In this document: piece after piece, positions 1 through 9,142 of the stretch | Layout: each line of letters opens with the position of its first letter | Position numbering within the stretch: the stretch's first letter is position 1 | IMG/VR virus record: IMGVR_UViG_3300043433_000028 | DNA: 64,000 nucleotides | Strand: one strand, 5' to 3' | From: a virus | Position numbers and translations under genes: made by a program | The notes under the pieces: model-generated | The model's database searches: none | Told to the model about the DNA's origin: nothing | Seen by the model: only the letters and a program-made list of their open reading frames with translations

Positions 1-1
1 T

Positions 2-85
2 TTAAAAACAGATAAAGAAAAAGAAGCTTTTTTATCAAAATTAAAAGCAGAATCAGTTGCGAACGAAGAAATCTCTCAAGAATAA
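2..85 (+). CDS. 3' end of an upstream ORF (partial)
   Basis: Open frame LKTDKEKEAFLSKLKAESVANEEISQE ending in TAA at 83-85, read by eye. Confidence 0.5.
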   Translation, partial: LKTDKEKEAFLSKLKAESVANEEISQE

Positions 86-117
86 TTAAAATAATTTGAA
101 TAAATAATACCTGATGT

Positions 118-149
118 TTTACCATGTCAGGTATTTTTATTATATTTAC
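118..149 (+). promoter_or_regulatory. Putative early (host sigma, Bacteroidota-type) promoter TTTACC-N17-TATATTTAC
   Basis: Same motif and spacing at 22669 and 44269; resembles the Bacteroidota TTTG-N19-21-TAnnTTTG consensus. Confidence 0.6.
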
Positions 150-152
150 ACT

Positions 153-1442
153 ATGAAAACAAGAATCCTTAATTTTAATCAATTCATAACTGAAAAGTAC
201 GAAGTTCAATTAAATGAGCAGTTAATATTAGAAGGTGGAGCAGCTGGACATATGTCACATCCATTCGATAATAATAACCTAACATTTGGCGACTTTAAGA
301 ATATGATTATTGGCGGACTTCAAGGAGAACTAAACTTTGAGGAGGAACCTACTGAAAAAACAGATGGTCAAAATGTTTTTGCAACTATTCAAAATGGCGA
401 AGTTAAATTTGCCAGAAATAAAACTGAATTGCAGAGCCCAATGAACCTTAAAGATTTTCAGAATAAATTTGAGGGTCATGCTAGTAAATTAGTGCAAGAT
501 ACTTTCCAATTTGCAGCTGCCGATTTAGCTAACTTACTTATAAAGTTACCTGCAAAAACACAAGAGGAAGTGTTCCAGAATGGTCTGAACTTCATGAACA
601 TGGAGTTGATATATTCTGCAAATCCTAATGTTATTCACTATGATGTTGATGTAATTCAATTCCATGGTGTTAAAAAGACTGATGGCGCTGGAAATATTGT
701 CGGAGACGATAATAGTGCGGCTAAAAGCGTTGCAAGTATATTAAAAGACTTAAATGCTCACATTGGAAGTGTATTTACAATTATTCCCCCACAAGTTATT
801 AAATTACAAAAAGATATAAACTTCGAAGAGAATCAAGCTAAATTTATTGGAAAAATCGAAGCACTTAGAAACAGATATAATCTAACAGATGCTGATTCAG
901 TTGCAAGATACCATGAAATGTGGTGGAGAGAGCAAATTGAATCTATTTTTGGTGATTTGCCTCAGAATATTAAAGAAGGTTTATTACTTAGATGGGCTTA
1001 TGATGATAAGAAAACATTAAATATGCGTTCATTAGACAAAGAATTGACTAAAGCACAATCAGATGCTATTAAGAAATTCGACAAAGAAGACGCTAAAAAG
1101 AAATTTAAAGAAAACATTAGACCATTTGAAGACCTTTTCTTAGAATTGGGAAGTGTTATCTTAAAGAATGCAAGTAATTTTGTTGCTGCTTCTCCAGACA
1201 AAGAAATGCAAAGATTGCATAATGAAATCAGAACAGAAGCTGACAAAATTAAATTAAACGGAGACCTTACTCAAATCGAGAAAGTTGCAAAAGAACTTGA
1301 CAGATTAGAAAGAATTGGAGGAATCCAATCTATTATACCAACTGAGGGTATTGTATTTTCATACAAAGGACATATGTACAAATTAACAGGAACATTTGCT
1401 GCGATTAATCAGCTAATGGGAATTATAAAATACGGAAGATAA
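153..1442 (+). CDS. ATP-dependent ligase-superfamily nucleotidyltransferase (RNA-ligase-like) with N-terminal capsid-targeting-like motif
   Basis: Motif I EKTDG, motif IV EGIV, motif V YKL; EGGAAGHMSHPFD block; start moved to ATG 153 because the ORF-track start lies inside the promoter. Confidence 0.65.
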   Translation: MKTRILNFNQFITEKYEVQLNEQLILEGGAAGHMSHPFDNNNLTFGDFKNMIIGGLQGELNFEEEPTEKTDGQNVFATIQNGEVKFARNKTELQSPMNLKDFQNKFEGHASKLVQDTFQFAAADLANLLIKLPAKTQEEVFQNGLNFMNMELIYSANPNVIHYDVDVIQFHGVKKTDGAGNIVGDDNSAAKSVASILKDLNAHIGSVFTIIPPQVIKLQKDINFEENQAKFIGKIEALRNRYNLTDADSVARYHEMWWREQIESIFGDLPQNIKEGLLLRWAYDDKKTLNMRSLDKELTKAQSDAIKKFDKEDAKKKFKENIRPFEDLFLELGSVILKNASNFVAASPDKEMQRLHNEIRTEADKIKLNGDLTQIEKVAKELDRLERIGGIQSIIPTEGIVFSYKGHMYKLTGTFAAINQLMGIIKYGR

Positions 1443-3316
1443 TGGCATTACAAAAATTAAGAGAGCACTTTAACGAAACGAATAGAGAATCTTTTATTGA
1501 TATGTTAAAGAATAGGATGTTAGTAACTGAAAAAGTTGCAGCACCTACTTTTCTTGTTAGGAGAAAATCAGACGGATTTGAATATTACAAATCTTCTAAT
1601 TCTGACAAATTAAATCTAGTTGACAGAACCGTCATTTCATTATATGAAATTGCTATCAATTACATGCAAAGTTTGCCAAACTCTATTAAAGCTGAAATGC
1701 CAGACGATTGGAGATTTGGATTTGATTATTTACCAGAACTTGGAGCATCTAAAATATCTTACGCAAATACACCAACAAATAATTTAATACTTACGCACAT
1801 CCAACAGATTGGAGAAAATGGTAAGGTTAAAAAAACAATCAATGATCCTGAAATATTAAAGAAATGGTCGAAAGTATTAAATGTACAAGCACCTAATATA
1901 GTATTTGACGGATATTTATCTCAATTACAAAAAGACGAATTATTAGATTTATTATCAATGAGCGATAGAGAATTTTCTGACTCATTTGATTATTTAATAG
2001 AAACTAAAGATAAATCTAGCTTCACAAGCAAAATATTTAAACTATTTAATCCAAGTATTAGTTCAACATCCCTAAACCCGGATCTTGAAAGCGAGATCGA
2101 TGGACTTATTGTTAATTTTATTGACGGTAAATTTATGAACTCATTCAAGCTTGAAGATTTTAATAGAACAATCCCAGCAGAAGACCAAAGTTCAAGTCAC
2201 ATGTACCAAATTGCAGTTACTGACGTTTTAGAATATTTGGCACAATACAATTTAGACGATATTAAATTAGAAGAGGAAAGTGCAGATTACAGATACCTTG
2301 AAACATTATCAGTTATCTTTAATTCTTATATTGATAAAAACTCTTCAAAATATATTGGTGTTAATTTTGAAAGCGCAGAATTTTCATCTGCTGAATCTTT
2401 TAAATTAAATACTAAATACATTAAAAATGAAAAGACATTAAAATTCGTAGCAAACGATGTTTTAGCAGAGCTTTTTAAAATGATTTTAAGTTCTTTCAGA
2501 AAGAAAAGAACAAAAACGACCGATCTTATTGATGAAGATACTATGAAACGTATGAATGAAATCATCGATAAAATCAGCGAAAAAATATTTGTTGAACATA
2601 CTGACGAGAATTCAATATATGACTATCAGAACTTTATGTTACACAATAAAATTAAGGCTTCTGTTGATTTAAATGAGGCTCTTAAAGTAAATCACACTGA
2701 ACAGGGAAAACAACCAGTAAATATGTTTGTTGGTAGATTTCAACCATTTACACTAGGACATGCTAAAGTATTAGAAGCACTTCATAAAGAGAATGGTTTT
2801 CCAGTAGTTGTATTTTTAGTTAAATCAAAAACCAAAAAGAAGGGAGATGAATTTAGCAGACCATACGATGAAAACACTCAAATCGAAATGTTCAATAATG
2901 TTAAAAAACAATACGCATTCTTAAAAGAAATATTTGTTGTTCCAACTGGAGGAATCGATACTATGTTTAATGAAATAAGACCAAAATACGAACCAGTACT
3001 TTGGGGAACAGGAAGTGATAGAATGACAAGTTATGGCTATCAAGTTAATAATGATTCTTATAGAGATCAATTAAATGTAAGAGCTGATTTTGGACTTTTT
3101 GAAATTCCAAGAACAGATGATGATATTTCGGCTACTGCAGTTAGAAATGCATTATTAGCAAATGATGAAAAACAATTCAATAATTTAACTCCAAAAGCAA
3201 TTCATGGAATGTACGCTGAATTAAAATCTAAAATTGAAGATTCAATGGGAGTTGTTGCTGAAAGTGTTTCGACAGAAATCATGACATTTGAACAGTTTAT
3301 TAATAAAGATATATAA
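1442..3316 (+). CDS. Degenerate ligase-fold domain fused to a HIGH-family (cytidylyltransferase-like) nucleotidyltransferase
   Basis: N-terminal TEKVAA, DGLIV, FKL; C-terminal GRFQPFTLGH, GSDR, ISATAVR. Confidence 0.7.
   Translation: MALQKLREHFNETNRESFIDMLKNRMLVTEKVAAPTFLVRRKSDGFEYYKSSNSDKLNLVDRTVISLYEIAINYMQSLPNSIKAEMPDDWRFGFDYLPELGASKISYANTPTNNLILTHIQQIGENGKVKKTINDPEILKKWSKVLNVQAPNIVFDGYLSQLQKDELLDLLSMSDREFSDSFDYLIETKDKSSFTSKIFKLFNPSISSTSLNPDLESEIDGLIVNFIDGKFMNSFKLEDFNRTIPAEDQSSSHMYQIAVTDVLEYLAQYNLDDIKLEEESADYRYLETLSVIFNSYIDKNSSKYIGVNFESAEFSSAESFKLNTKYIKNEKTLKFVANDVLAELFKMILSSFRKKRTKTTDLIDEDTMKRMNEIIDKISEKIFVEHTDENSIYDYQNFMLHNKIKASVDLNEALKVNHTEQGKQPVNMFVGRFQPFTLGHAKVLEALHKENGFPVVVFLVKSKTKKKGDEFSRPYDENTQIEMFNNVKKQYAFLKEIFVVPTGGIDTMFNEIRPKYEPVLWGTGSDRMTSYGYQVNNDSYRDQLNVRADFGLFEIPRTDDDISATAVRNALLANDEKQFNNLTPKAIHGMYAELKSKIEDSMGVVAESVSTEIMTFEQFINKDI
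3308..3316 (+). promoter_or_regulatory. Putative late promoter GATATATAA
   Basis: Recurs upstream of structural genes; analogous to T4 TATAAATA. Confidence 0.65.
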
Positions 3317-3339
3317 AACATAAATAAAATAAAGATACT

Positions 3340-5619
3340 ATGAATTTTAATGAATTCTTAAATGAATCTAGCTTAAAACCAATGGGATTAAGTAAAGATG
3401 AAACTAAAAAAGTAGCAGAAACTTATGCTAAAGCCATTTCAAAATTAGATGGCGGAAAATGTACCGTAAATATGAGAACATTAGAAGAAGATTCTTTTGA
3501 TCTAGATTTTAATGGTGAAGAATTTGATGGTGGTTCATATTCAATTGATTCTGATGGTAATGTTTATAATAATGCTATGGGAGTTGGTATGAAAACACCA
3601 CCAATCTACGGTAAATGGAATGATTCAGTAGATGCTATTATTAAGAACATTAAAAAAATAAGCGAATCAGTAGTTACTGAAGCTAAAGCATTACCTTTAG
3701 ATAAATTAGTAGACATGGTTGGAGATAAACCAACTTGTTATAGCTTAGCTGACTTTGTTTATACAAACTATGACAAAGTAACTGGTCTTAGAAAATCAAT
3801 GAGAAATGATGAGATGGATTTTCCTATGGAAATCATCGATCTAGTAGATCACTATGGATTCGACATTGATGATTTTACTGACAAATACGGAATGGCTGCA
3901 GAATCTGTAGTTACTGAAAGAAACATCACAATCAAAAGACAATATACTGAAAATCATCCAGCTGTTGTAGTTGGTAAAGCTGCTAAAATTAGAAATAAAG
4001 TTTTAGAAGCGATTAAAGATGGCAAGATTTCTCAAGAAGAGTTTGATAACTTGTTAAAAGAAATGACAGCAGATTCTAAAAGATGGACTAAAAACAATAC
4101 ACATTACTTTACAATTTCAGAAGAAGGAGTTTCATTGTCTAAAATTGGACAAAAACTTCTTAAAAGCATTACAGTAAACGAAAGTAAAAATGGCACAGGA
4201 TTAATGGTTATTGGAAGGACAAAAATAGACAATAATAAAATTGGAGAAATTGCCGATGATTTAGGATTACACGCGGAATGGGATTCAAGAGAAGGTTATT
4301 GGTTATTTCCAGAAGAAGAAGATAACTATGATGAATTAGAAATGGAACTTGACAAAGCTTTTACTAAAAAAGGAATTAATGCAAGGTTCGAAGGTATCTT
4401 TGAAGCTACTGAAAAGGCTCCAAAGATTTGGGTTCCTGGCGGATTTGACAAGGCAATTTCAAAATATCCAAATAATAAAATTACAAGAAAAATTGTATTA
4501 GATGCTGCAGTTAAATGGGAAGTAGCTCCAGAAGATGCTATCTCTTATGTTGAATATGGATGGGCAATAGATTTAGATGAAAATAAAAACACAAAAGATA
4601 TGAAAACAAAATTTATTTACGAATCTTTCGCTGAATTCGTTGAAAACAAATTAAACGAAGGTACTTTAAACGAGGCTTTTGCATCAGCAAAACTTGCTAG
4701 TTTATTAATGGGAGCATACGCAATGCCAAAAGATCTTCCACAGGCATTTTACAATATGTCAAAATTAGCCCTTGATAAAATTCAAGACATCGATATTATT
4801 GAAATGACACCTGATCAAGCAAAGAAAGAAAAAAGAGCAAGTGCTGTTTATTTTTACTTTACAACAAATGAAAAAGAAAATCCATATGCTGGTAAAAATT
4901 CATGGAATGCAACAAATGTTCCAGCAAACACATTATTAGCAATTACCGATGGTTCTAACGAATGGATGAATGCTGAATGGAGTAAATATAGCAAACAAGC
5001 TACTGGTAGAACATTAGTAAAAACTAAAAGAGATGATTCTGCTGGATTAAATAAATCAAGTGCTAGCGATCAATATGGTACTGGTATTTCAAGTTTGAAA
5101 CAAGTAGTTGATTTAGCAGATAGAGCATATTGTTTAGATTTAACAGTTCTTGGCGCTAGATATTCAACAACTAATTTAAAAGCAGAAAGAGAAGCTGCAA
5201 GAAAAGGAGCAACTGCCATCATGGATCCTAGAGCATTTAGAGATGAAAACAAGGCTAGATACAATGCAATATTAGCACAAAAAGCTTCTGAATTACCAAT
5301 TGATAAAGTAGTTTTAGATGCTATTGAAGAATTATCAAATCAAATTAAAGACGCTTTAGTTAATGCTGAAAAAGGTAAATACGGAGAACTTATTATGGGT
5401 CTAGATCCTAAAGGTCGCGAAGTTAAATTAAGCGATGCTTCAAACTTAATGAGAGGAATCTTAGATGAGTACCAAAGATATGTTGGAGATATTGCAGCTT
5501 CTGAAAAAGAAGTAGCAGCAGGATATGGAACTTCATATTATGATAGAAGTATTAAAGAACGTTCTAAAAATATCATGGACCGTGTTAAGAAAATCGAAAA
5601 TAAAAATTACGCTTGGTAA
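3340..5619 (+). CDS. Modular putative internal head protein / polyprotein
   Basis: Starts MNFNEFLNES; repeated ESVVTE, VNE, LNE linkers; second targeting-like motif at 4600; late promoter upstream. Confidence 0.5.
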   Translation: MNFNEFLNESSLKPMGLSKDETKKVAETYAKAISKLDGGKCTVNMRTLEEDSFDLDFNGEEFDGGSYSIDSDGNVYNNAMGVGMKTPPIYGKWNDSVDAIIKNIKKISESVVTEAKALPLDKLVDMVGDKPTCYSLADFVYTNYDKVTGLRKSMRNDEMDFPMEIIDLVDHYGFDIDDFTDKYGMAAESVVTERNITIKRQYTENHPAVVVGKAAKIRNKVLEAIKDGKISQEEFDNLLKEMTADSKRWTKNNTHYFTISEEGVSLSKIGQKLLKSITVNESKNGTGLMVIGRTKIDNNKIGEIADDLGLHAEWDSREGYWLFPEEEDNYDELEMELDKAFTKKGINARFEGIFEATEKAPKIWVPGGFDKAISKYPNNKITRKIVLDAAVKWEVAPEDAISYVEYGWAIDLDENKNTKDMKTKFIYESFAEFVENKLNEGTLNEAFASAKLASLLMGAYAMPKDLPQAFYNMSKLALDKIQDIDIIEMTPDQAKKEKRASAVYFYFTTNEKENPYAGKNSWNATNVPANTLLAITDGSNEWMNAEWSKYSKQATGRTLVKTKRDDSAGLNKSSASDQYGTGISSLKQVVDLADRAYCLDLTVLGARYSTTNLKAEREAARKGATAIMDPRAFRDENKARYNAILAQKASELPIDKVVLDAIEELSNQIKDALVNAEKGKYGELIMGLDPKGREVKLSDASNLMRGILDEYQRYVGDIAASEKEVAAGYGTSYYDRSIKERSKNIMDRVKKIENKNYAW

Positions 5620-5636
5620 TTAAAACAATAGAAACT

Positions 5637-6185
5637 ATGAAACATATACAATTATACGAGCAATTCGTAAATGAAAAAGCGTATCAAATGACTGGAATTT
5701 ACGGTGCTAAAGGTATTGCAGGAAAAGTATTATTCGCATTCAAAAAAGAAATCGAAAAAATCCAATACAGTGGAGATGTTGAATCAACATTAGCAGAACT
5801 TAACGATGTTTGGTCAAAATGGGCCGATAAAGAAGGTGCTAAAATTGTTGAAGAACTTGTTTTAAAACAAGTAAAAGACAAAGAAGCTATTGTTTATGTT
5901 CTTGCAACATTAGGAGGATATTTATGGGAAGCTGAAACAGTTAATAGATTAAATTCACCAGGAAACGATGAATTGTTTGTTACTATTCAAGGTGATTTTG
6001 TAATTAACGTTGGTTTTGCCGATGATGTTGATGCTAATAAATTTGGTAGAAAACTTGATGGTATGCAAAATTCTGCAATAGCAAGCAGTAGAGAAACTGC
6101 AGTTATTGGAGCATACGATGGAGCAGTAGGCGAAAACAATATTGAAATCAGAACAGGTTTCTATTTATCAATAGACGCGAAATAA
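5637..6185 (+). CDS. Hypothetical protein with capsid-targeting-like N-terminus
   Basis: Starts MKHIQLYEQFVNE; the ORF-track start at 5613 overlaps the upstream gene. Confidence 0.6.
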   Translation: MKHIQLYEQFVNEKAYQMTGIYGAKGIAGKVLFAFKKEIEKIQYSGDVESTLAELNDVWSKWADKEGAKIVEELVLKQVKDKEAIVYVLATLGGYLWEAETVNRLNSPGNDELFVTIQGDFVINVGFADDVDANKFGRKLDGMQNSAIASSRETAVIGAYDGAVGENNIEIRTGFYLSIDAK

Positions 6186-6186
6186 T

Positions 6187-6849
6187 ATGCCAAGTACTAG
6201 CAAAGCTCAACAGCGACTAATGGGAATGGCATACTCTCTTAAGAAGGGAGAAATGGACCCTAAAGATGCAAGCCAAGAAGTTAAAGATCTAGCAGATTCA
6301 ATGACACTAAAACAGTTAAAAGACTTTGCAAGTACAAAACATGAAGGACTTCCAGAAGTAGCAGAAGGAATTACTGCTGCAAATATTGGAGGTATGGGAG
6401 CTACCCTACTTCCAACAGCAACTCAACCAGGATCTGGTGATGTTTTATCAGGATCTGGAGACGCTGAAGAAGAATATTTAAAAAGAAAAAAAGAACGTAA
6501 GGATTATTTAACAACCCGTAAAAAGTTTAAAACATTCGAGCAATTTGTTAATGAAAGTGTTGAAACAGCAGTTAATACATTTGCAAACGATGAGCAACAG
6601 GAAGGATATGATGCTAAAGTTTTTTTAGGACATTTTGATGGTAGAAGTTTTAAAGCTCAAGTTTGTACGAAATTATGGCCAGACGGAGTACCTGTAACTA
6701 AACACTTTTCAAAATTCCAAGATGTAAAATTAAAAGGAGAATTTCAATTAGTAGATTCAGACCGTGGATGGTGGTATATACAAGGACCGAAAGGAGCTTG
6801 GTATGCTGTTAAACATGCTGACTATGGAACACCTCCATTTGAATATTAA
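6187..6849 (+). CDS. DUF3008-like N-terminal domain plus second module
   Basis: MPSTSKAQQRLMG...LKDFASTKHEGLP matches DUF3008 as recalled; internal FKTFEQFVNE. Confidence 0.55.
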   Translation: MPSTSKAQQRLMGMAYSLKKGEMDPKDASQEVKDLADSMTLKQLKDFASTKHEGLPEVAEGITAANIGGMGATLLPTATQPGSGDVLSGSGDAEEEYLKRKKERKDYLTTRKKFKTFEQFVNESVETAVNTFANDEQQEGYDAKVFLGHFDGRSFKAQVCTKLWPDGVPVTKHFSKFQDVKLKGEFQLVDSDRGWWYIQGPKGAWYAVKHADYGTPPFEY

Positions 6850-6870
6850 TAATTTGAGTATCATCGAATT

Positions 6871-6901
6871 AACCACTCCATGGATAGTCTCCATGGACCG
6901 A
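6871..6901 (+). other. Conserved RNA-like element AACCACT-hairpin-ACCGA (copy 1)
   Basis: Hairpin CCATGGA/TCCATGG; second copy at 23061. Confidence 0.5.
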
Positions 6902-6932
6902 AGACCCTAAGAAATTAGGGTCTTTTCTTTTT
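6901..6932 (+). terminator. Intrinsic terminator
   Basis: AAGACCCTAA-GAAA-TTAGGGTCTT followed by a T-tract. Confidence 0.85.
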
Positions 6933-6934
6933 CT

Positions 6935-6962
6935 GAAACTTTTTAAATACTTCCAATATAAT
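6935..6962 (+). promoter_or_regulatory. Putative middle promoter GAAAC-N17-TATAAT
   Basis: One of nine copies with an exact 17-nt spacer. Confidence 0.7.
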
Positions 6963-6983
6963 ATTCAACTTCAAAAAATAGAT

Positions 6984-7229
6984 ATGAACTACATTTTCCG
7001 ACCAGAAAATTACAAAGATTGGGCAAAATTGGCTATTCAAAAAATAGAGAAGACAATTGATTCATGTACCACTGTAGCTCAAGTAGATGTATCGAAAAGA
7101 ATGATTGATAACTTTGTAATAATAACTGCACTAGAGGAAGATATTAAAGAGGAGGATCTAGAATCAATCATCAGATTATTTTGGTTAAAAATTGATCTAA
7201 AAAAACAAATTATTTTTGAAACAAAATAA
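6984..7229 (+). CDS. Hypothetical protein
   Basis: 81 aa ORF directly after a promoter. Confidence 0.6.
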   Translation: MNYIFRPENYKDWAKLAIQKIEKTIDSCTTVAQVDVSKRMIDNFVIITALEEDIKEEDLESIIRLFWLKIDLKKQIIFETK

Positions 7230-7245
7230 AATTATCCTGTATAAA
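7218..7245 (+). promoter_or_regulatory. Putative middle promoter GAAAC-N17-TATAAA
   Basis: Motif and spacing match; lies upstream of 7269. Confidence 0.65.
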
Positions 7246-7268
7246 CTAAGAACTTAAAAATAAAAACA

Positions 7269-8699
7269 ATGAACTTCGTAGACGCATTAAGACAAGAGGA
7301 CATCACAACAGAAAATGGAATGGCAACAAATTCAACTTCTTTGAATGCTTGTGTTGACCTATTCTTTAACATTGGAGCAATGAGAGGACAAGACAAACAA
7401 CGTTTGATCGCAACCTTTTCAAAAGCATTCAATGAAGATCCTAAACGTGCTATGAAACTTTTGTTTTGGGCAAGAGATGTTCGTGGTGGAGCAGGAGAAC
7501 GTCAAGTTTTCAAAGACATTTTAGTTTACTTAGCAGAAAACCACGATTTGGTTCTAAAACCAAACTTACATTTAATTCCAGAGTATGGTCGCTGGGACGA
7601 TTTATTAGTTCTTGTAGGAACATACTTAGAAAATGCAGCATTCACCCTAATTTCTGATGCAATCATCGCTGAAAATGGGTTATGTGCAAAATGGATGCCA
7701 CGTAAAGGAGTTATTGCTGAAAAATTACGTAAATTTACTGGAATGTCGCCAAAACAATATAGAAAATCTTTAGTAGGTTTAACTAATGTTGTTGAGACTA
7801 AAATGTGTGCTAAAGATTGGGACTCTATCGAATTCGGTAAATTACCATCAGTGGCTTCTGCAAGATACCAAAAAGCATTTGGTAAAAATGCATACGAAAG
7901 TTATTCAGCGTATATCCAATCTTTAGTAAAAGGAGAGGCTAAAATTAATGCAGGTGCTGTATATCCTTATGATGTTGTTAAATCATTAAATCACGGTAAC
8001 TCAACTGTAGCAAACGAGCAATGGAAAGCCCTTCCTAATTATTTAGAAGGAGCAAACGATATGATTTTACCAGTAGTTGACGTTTCTGGTTCTATGGATT
8101 GTTCAGCAGGAGGTAGTAAAAATGTAACATGTATGAACGTTGCAATCTCTTTAGGACTTTATATTTCTGAAAGAAATGAAGGTCCTTTCAAAGATGCTTT
8201 TATTACTTTCTCAGATAACCCGCAATTACAAGTATTAGGTGGTTCATTGAACGATCGCTACGCACAGATGGCATCTTCCGATTGGGGAATGTCTACAAAT
8301 CTCGAGGCAACGTTCAAGCTGATTTTAAATCAGGCCACTAAGCATAAACTATCTCAAGAAGAGATGCCAAATAAAATCCTAATCCTATCAGATATGGAAT
8401 TTAATCATGCAACTAGATCTAACGGATGGAGAAATACTGGATCAGATTGGAATCCAACAGCTCAGCAAATGATTGAGAAAATGTACGAAGATGCAGGTTA
8501 CAAAGTGCCTCAAATTGTTTATTGGAACATTCAATCCAGAAATGGTGGAGTACCAGTATCATTTGACAAACAAGGAACTGCGTTGGTTTCTGGATTCTCT
8601 CCAGCAATTATGACAAGTTTACTTGGAGGAGATATTGAATCTCCACAACAAATAATGGACAAAACAATCTTGAGCGAGAGATACGCTCCAATTGTTTAA
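7269..8699 (+). CDS. DUF2828-family TROVE/Ro60-like protein with C-terminal vWA (MIDAS) domain
   Basis: LFWARDVRGGAGER, YGRWDDL, AKWMPR, DVSGSM (DxSxS), ILSDMEF, IVYWNI, GFS. Confidence 0.8.
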   Translation: MNFVDALRQEDITTENGMATNSTSLNACVDLFFNIGAMRGQDKQRLIATFSKAFNEDPKRAMKLLFWARDVRGGAGERQVFKDILVYLAENHDLVLKPNLHLIPEYGRWDDLLVLVGTYLENAAFTLISDAIIAENGLCAKWMPRKGVIAEKLRKFTGMSPKQYRKSLVGLTNVVETKMCAKDWDSIEFGKLPSVASARYQKAFGKNAYESYSAYIQSLVKGEAKINAGAVYPYDVVKSLNHGNSTVANEQWKALPNYLEGANDMILPVVDVSGSMDCSAGGSKNVTCMNVAISLGLYISERNEGPFKDAFITFSDNPQLQVLGGSLNDRYAQMASSDWGMSTNLEATFKLILNQATKHKLSQEEMPNKILILSDMEFNHATRSNGWRNTGSDWNPTAQQMIEKMYEDAGYKVPQIVYWNIQSRNGGVPVSFDKQGTALVSGFSPAIMTSLLGGDIESPQQIMDKTILSERYAPIV

Positions 8700-8708
8700 G
8701 ATATATAA
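8700..8708 (+). promoter_or_regulatory. Putative late promoter GATATATAA driving a non-coding transcript
   Basis: Motif directly after the DUF2828 stop; no credible ORF before the terminator at 9047. Confidence 0.6.
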
Positions 8709-8715
8709 AGAAATT

Positions 8716-9035
8716 AGGTTCCTTACAGCAAACAATACTCAAGCAATTATTAACTAGCAACGGAACGGAACCTGGCGGATAGGTACAGCAAAAAGTACAC
8801 ACAGCTATGATAGAGTCTAGATAAAAACGTGGAGTTTTAAATCGGGTTCGCCCTCTAAAACAATGAAGCGCTAGACAAGGTGAAGGTTAACACTAGAAAA
8901 TGGATCACAAGTCATACCACCCCAATAGGTGCAAGTAGGATGTAGTCGAAGTTTTAGTAGACTCTCGCGAAAGCTAAGCCGAAGACTATAAAGAGGGTTA
9001 TTCTGCCGAGAAGAAAATTACGAACAACTATCCCG
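8716..9035 (+). ncRNA. Candidate structured ncRNA(s), possibly Y-RNA-like
   Basis: Higher-GC intergenic tract with nested helices AGGTTCC/GGAACCT, GGATAG/CTATCC, TATGA/TCATA, TCTAG/CTAGA, GTTTTA/TAAAAC, TAGTC/GACTA; UUCG and GAAA loops; TACAGCAAA twice. Confidence 0.6.
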
Positions 9036-9046
9036 TATTAGATTAG

Positions 9047-9092
9047 AATCCTGGTAAAAATTGTTAATAACTTTTTTAACCAGGATTTTTTT
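9047..9092 (+). terminator. Intrinsic terminator
   Basis: AATCCTGGT...ACCAGGATT followed by a T-tract. Confidence 0.7.
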
Positions 9093-9109
9093 ATGTCAAA
9101 TGTTTTGAT

Positions 9110-9118
9110 TATATTTAC
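9110..9118 (+). promoter_or_regulatory. Putative early promoter -7 element TATATTTAC
   Basis: TATATTTACATATCAAATT is identical to the copy at 22692. Confidence 0.55.
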
Positions 9119-9142
9119 ATATCAAATTAAAACAAATACATT

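Noticed and set aside
2700-3316. Firm call as the NMNAT of a NAD reconstitution (NARP) system
   Set aside because: The motif is compatible, but there is no Nampt or PRPP-synthetase-like partner in the window and GSDR/ISAT fits the generic phage cytidylyltransferase-like family.
8938-8990. Group I intron-like P7 elements (GATGTAGTC and GAAGACTATA)
   Set aside because: They are in S-then-R order on both strands and interrupt no gene; a simple hairpin explains them.
8716-9035. tRNA gene (GGGTTCG at about 8844)
   Set aside because: It forms a G(UUCG)C tetraloop, not a 7-nt T-loop, and I could not build a cloverleaf; I recognised no tRNA in the window.
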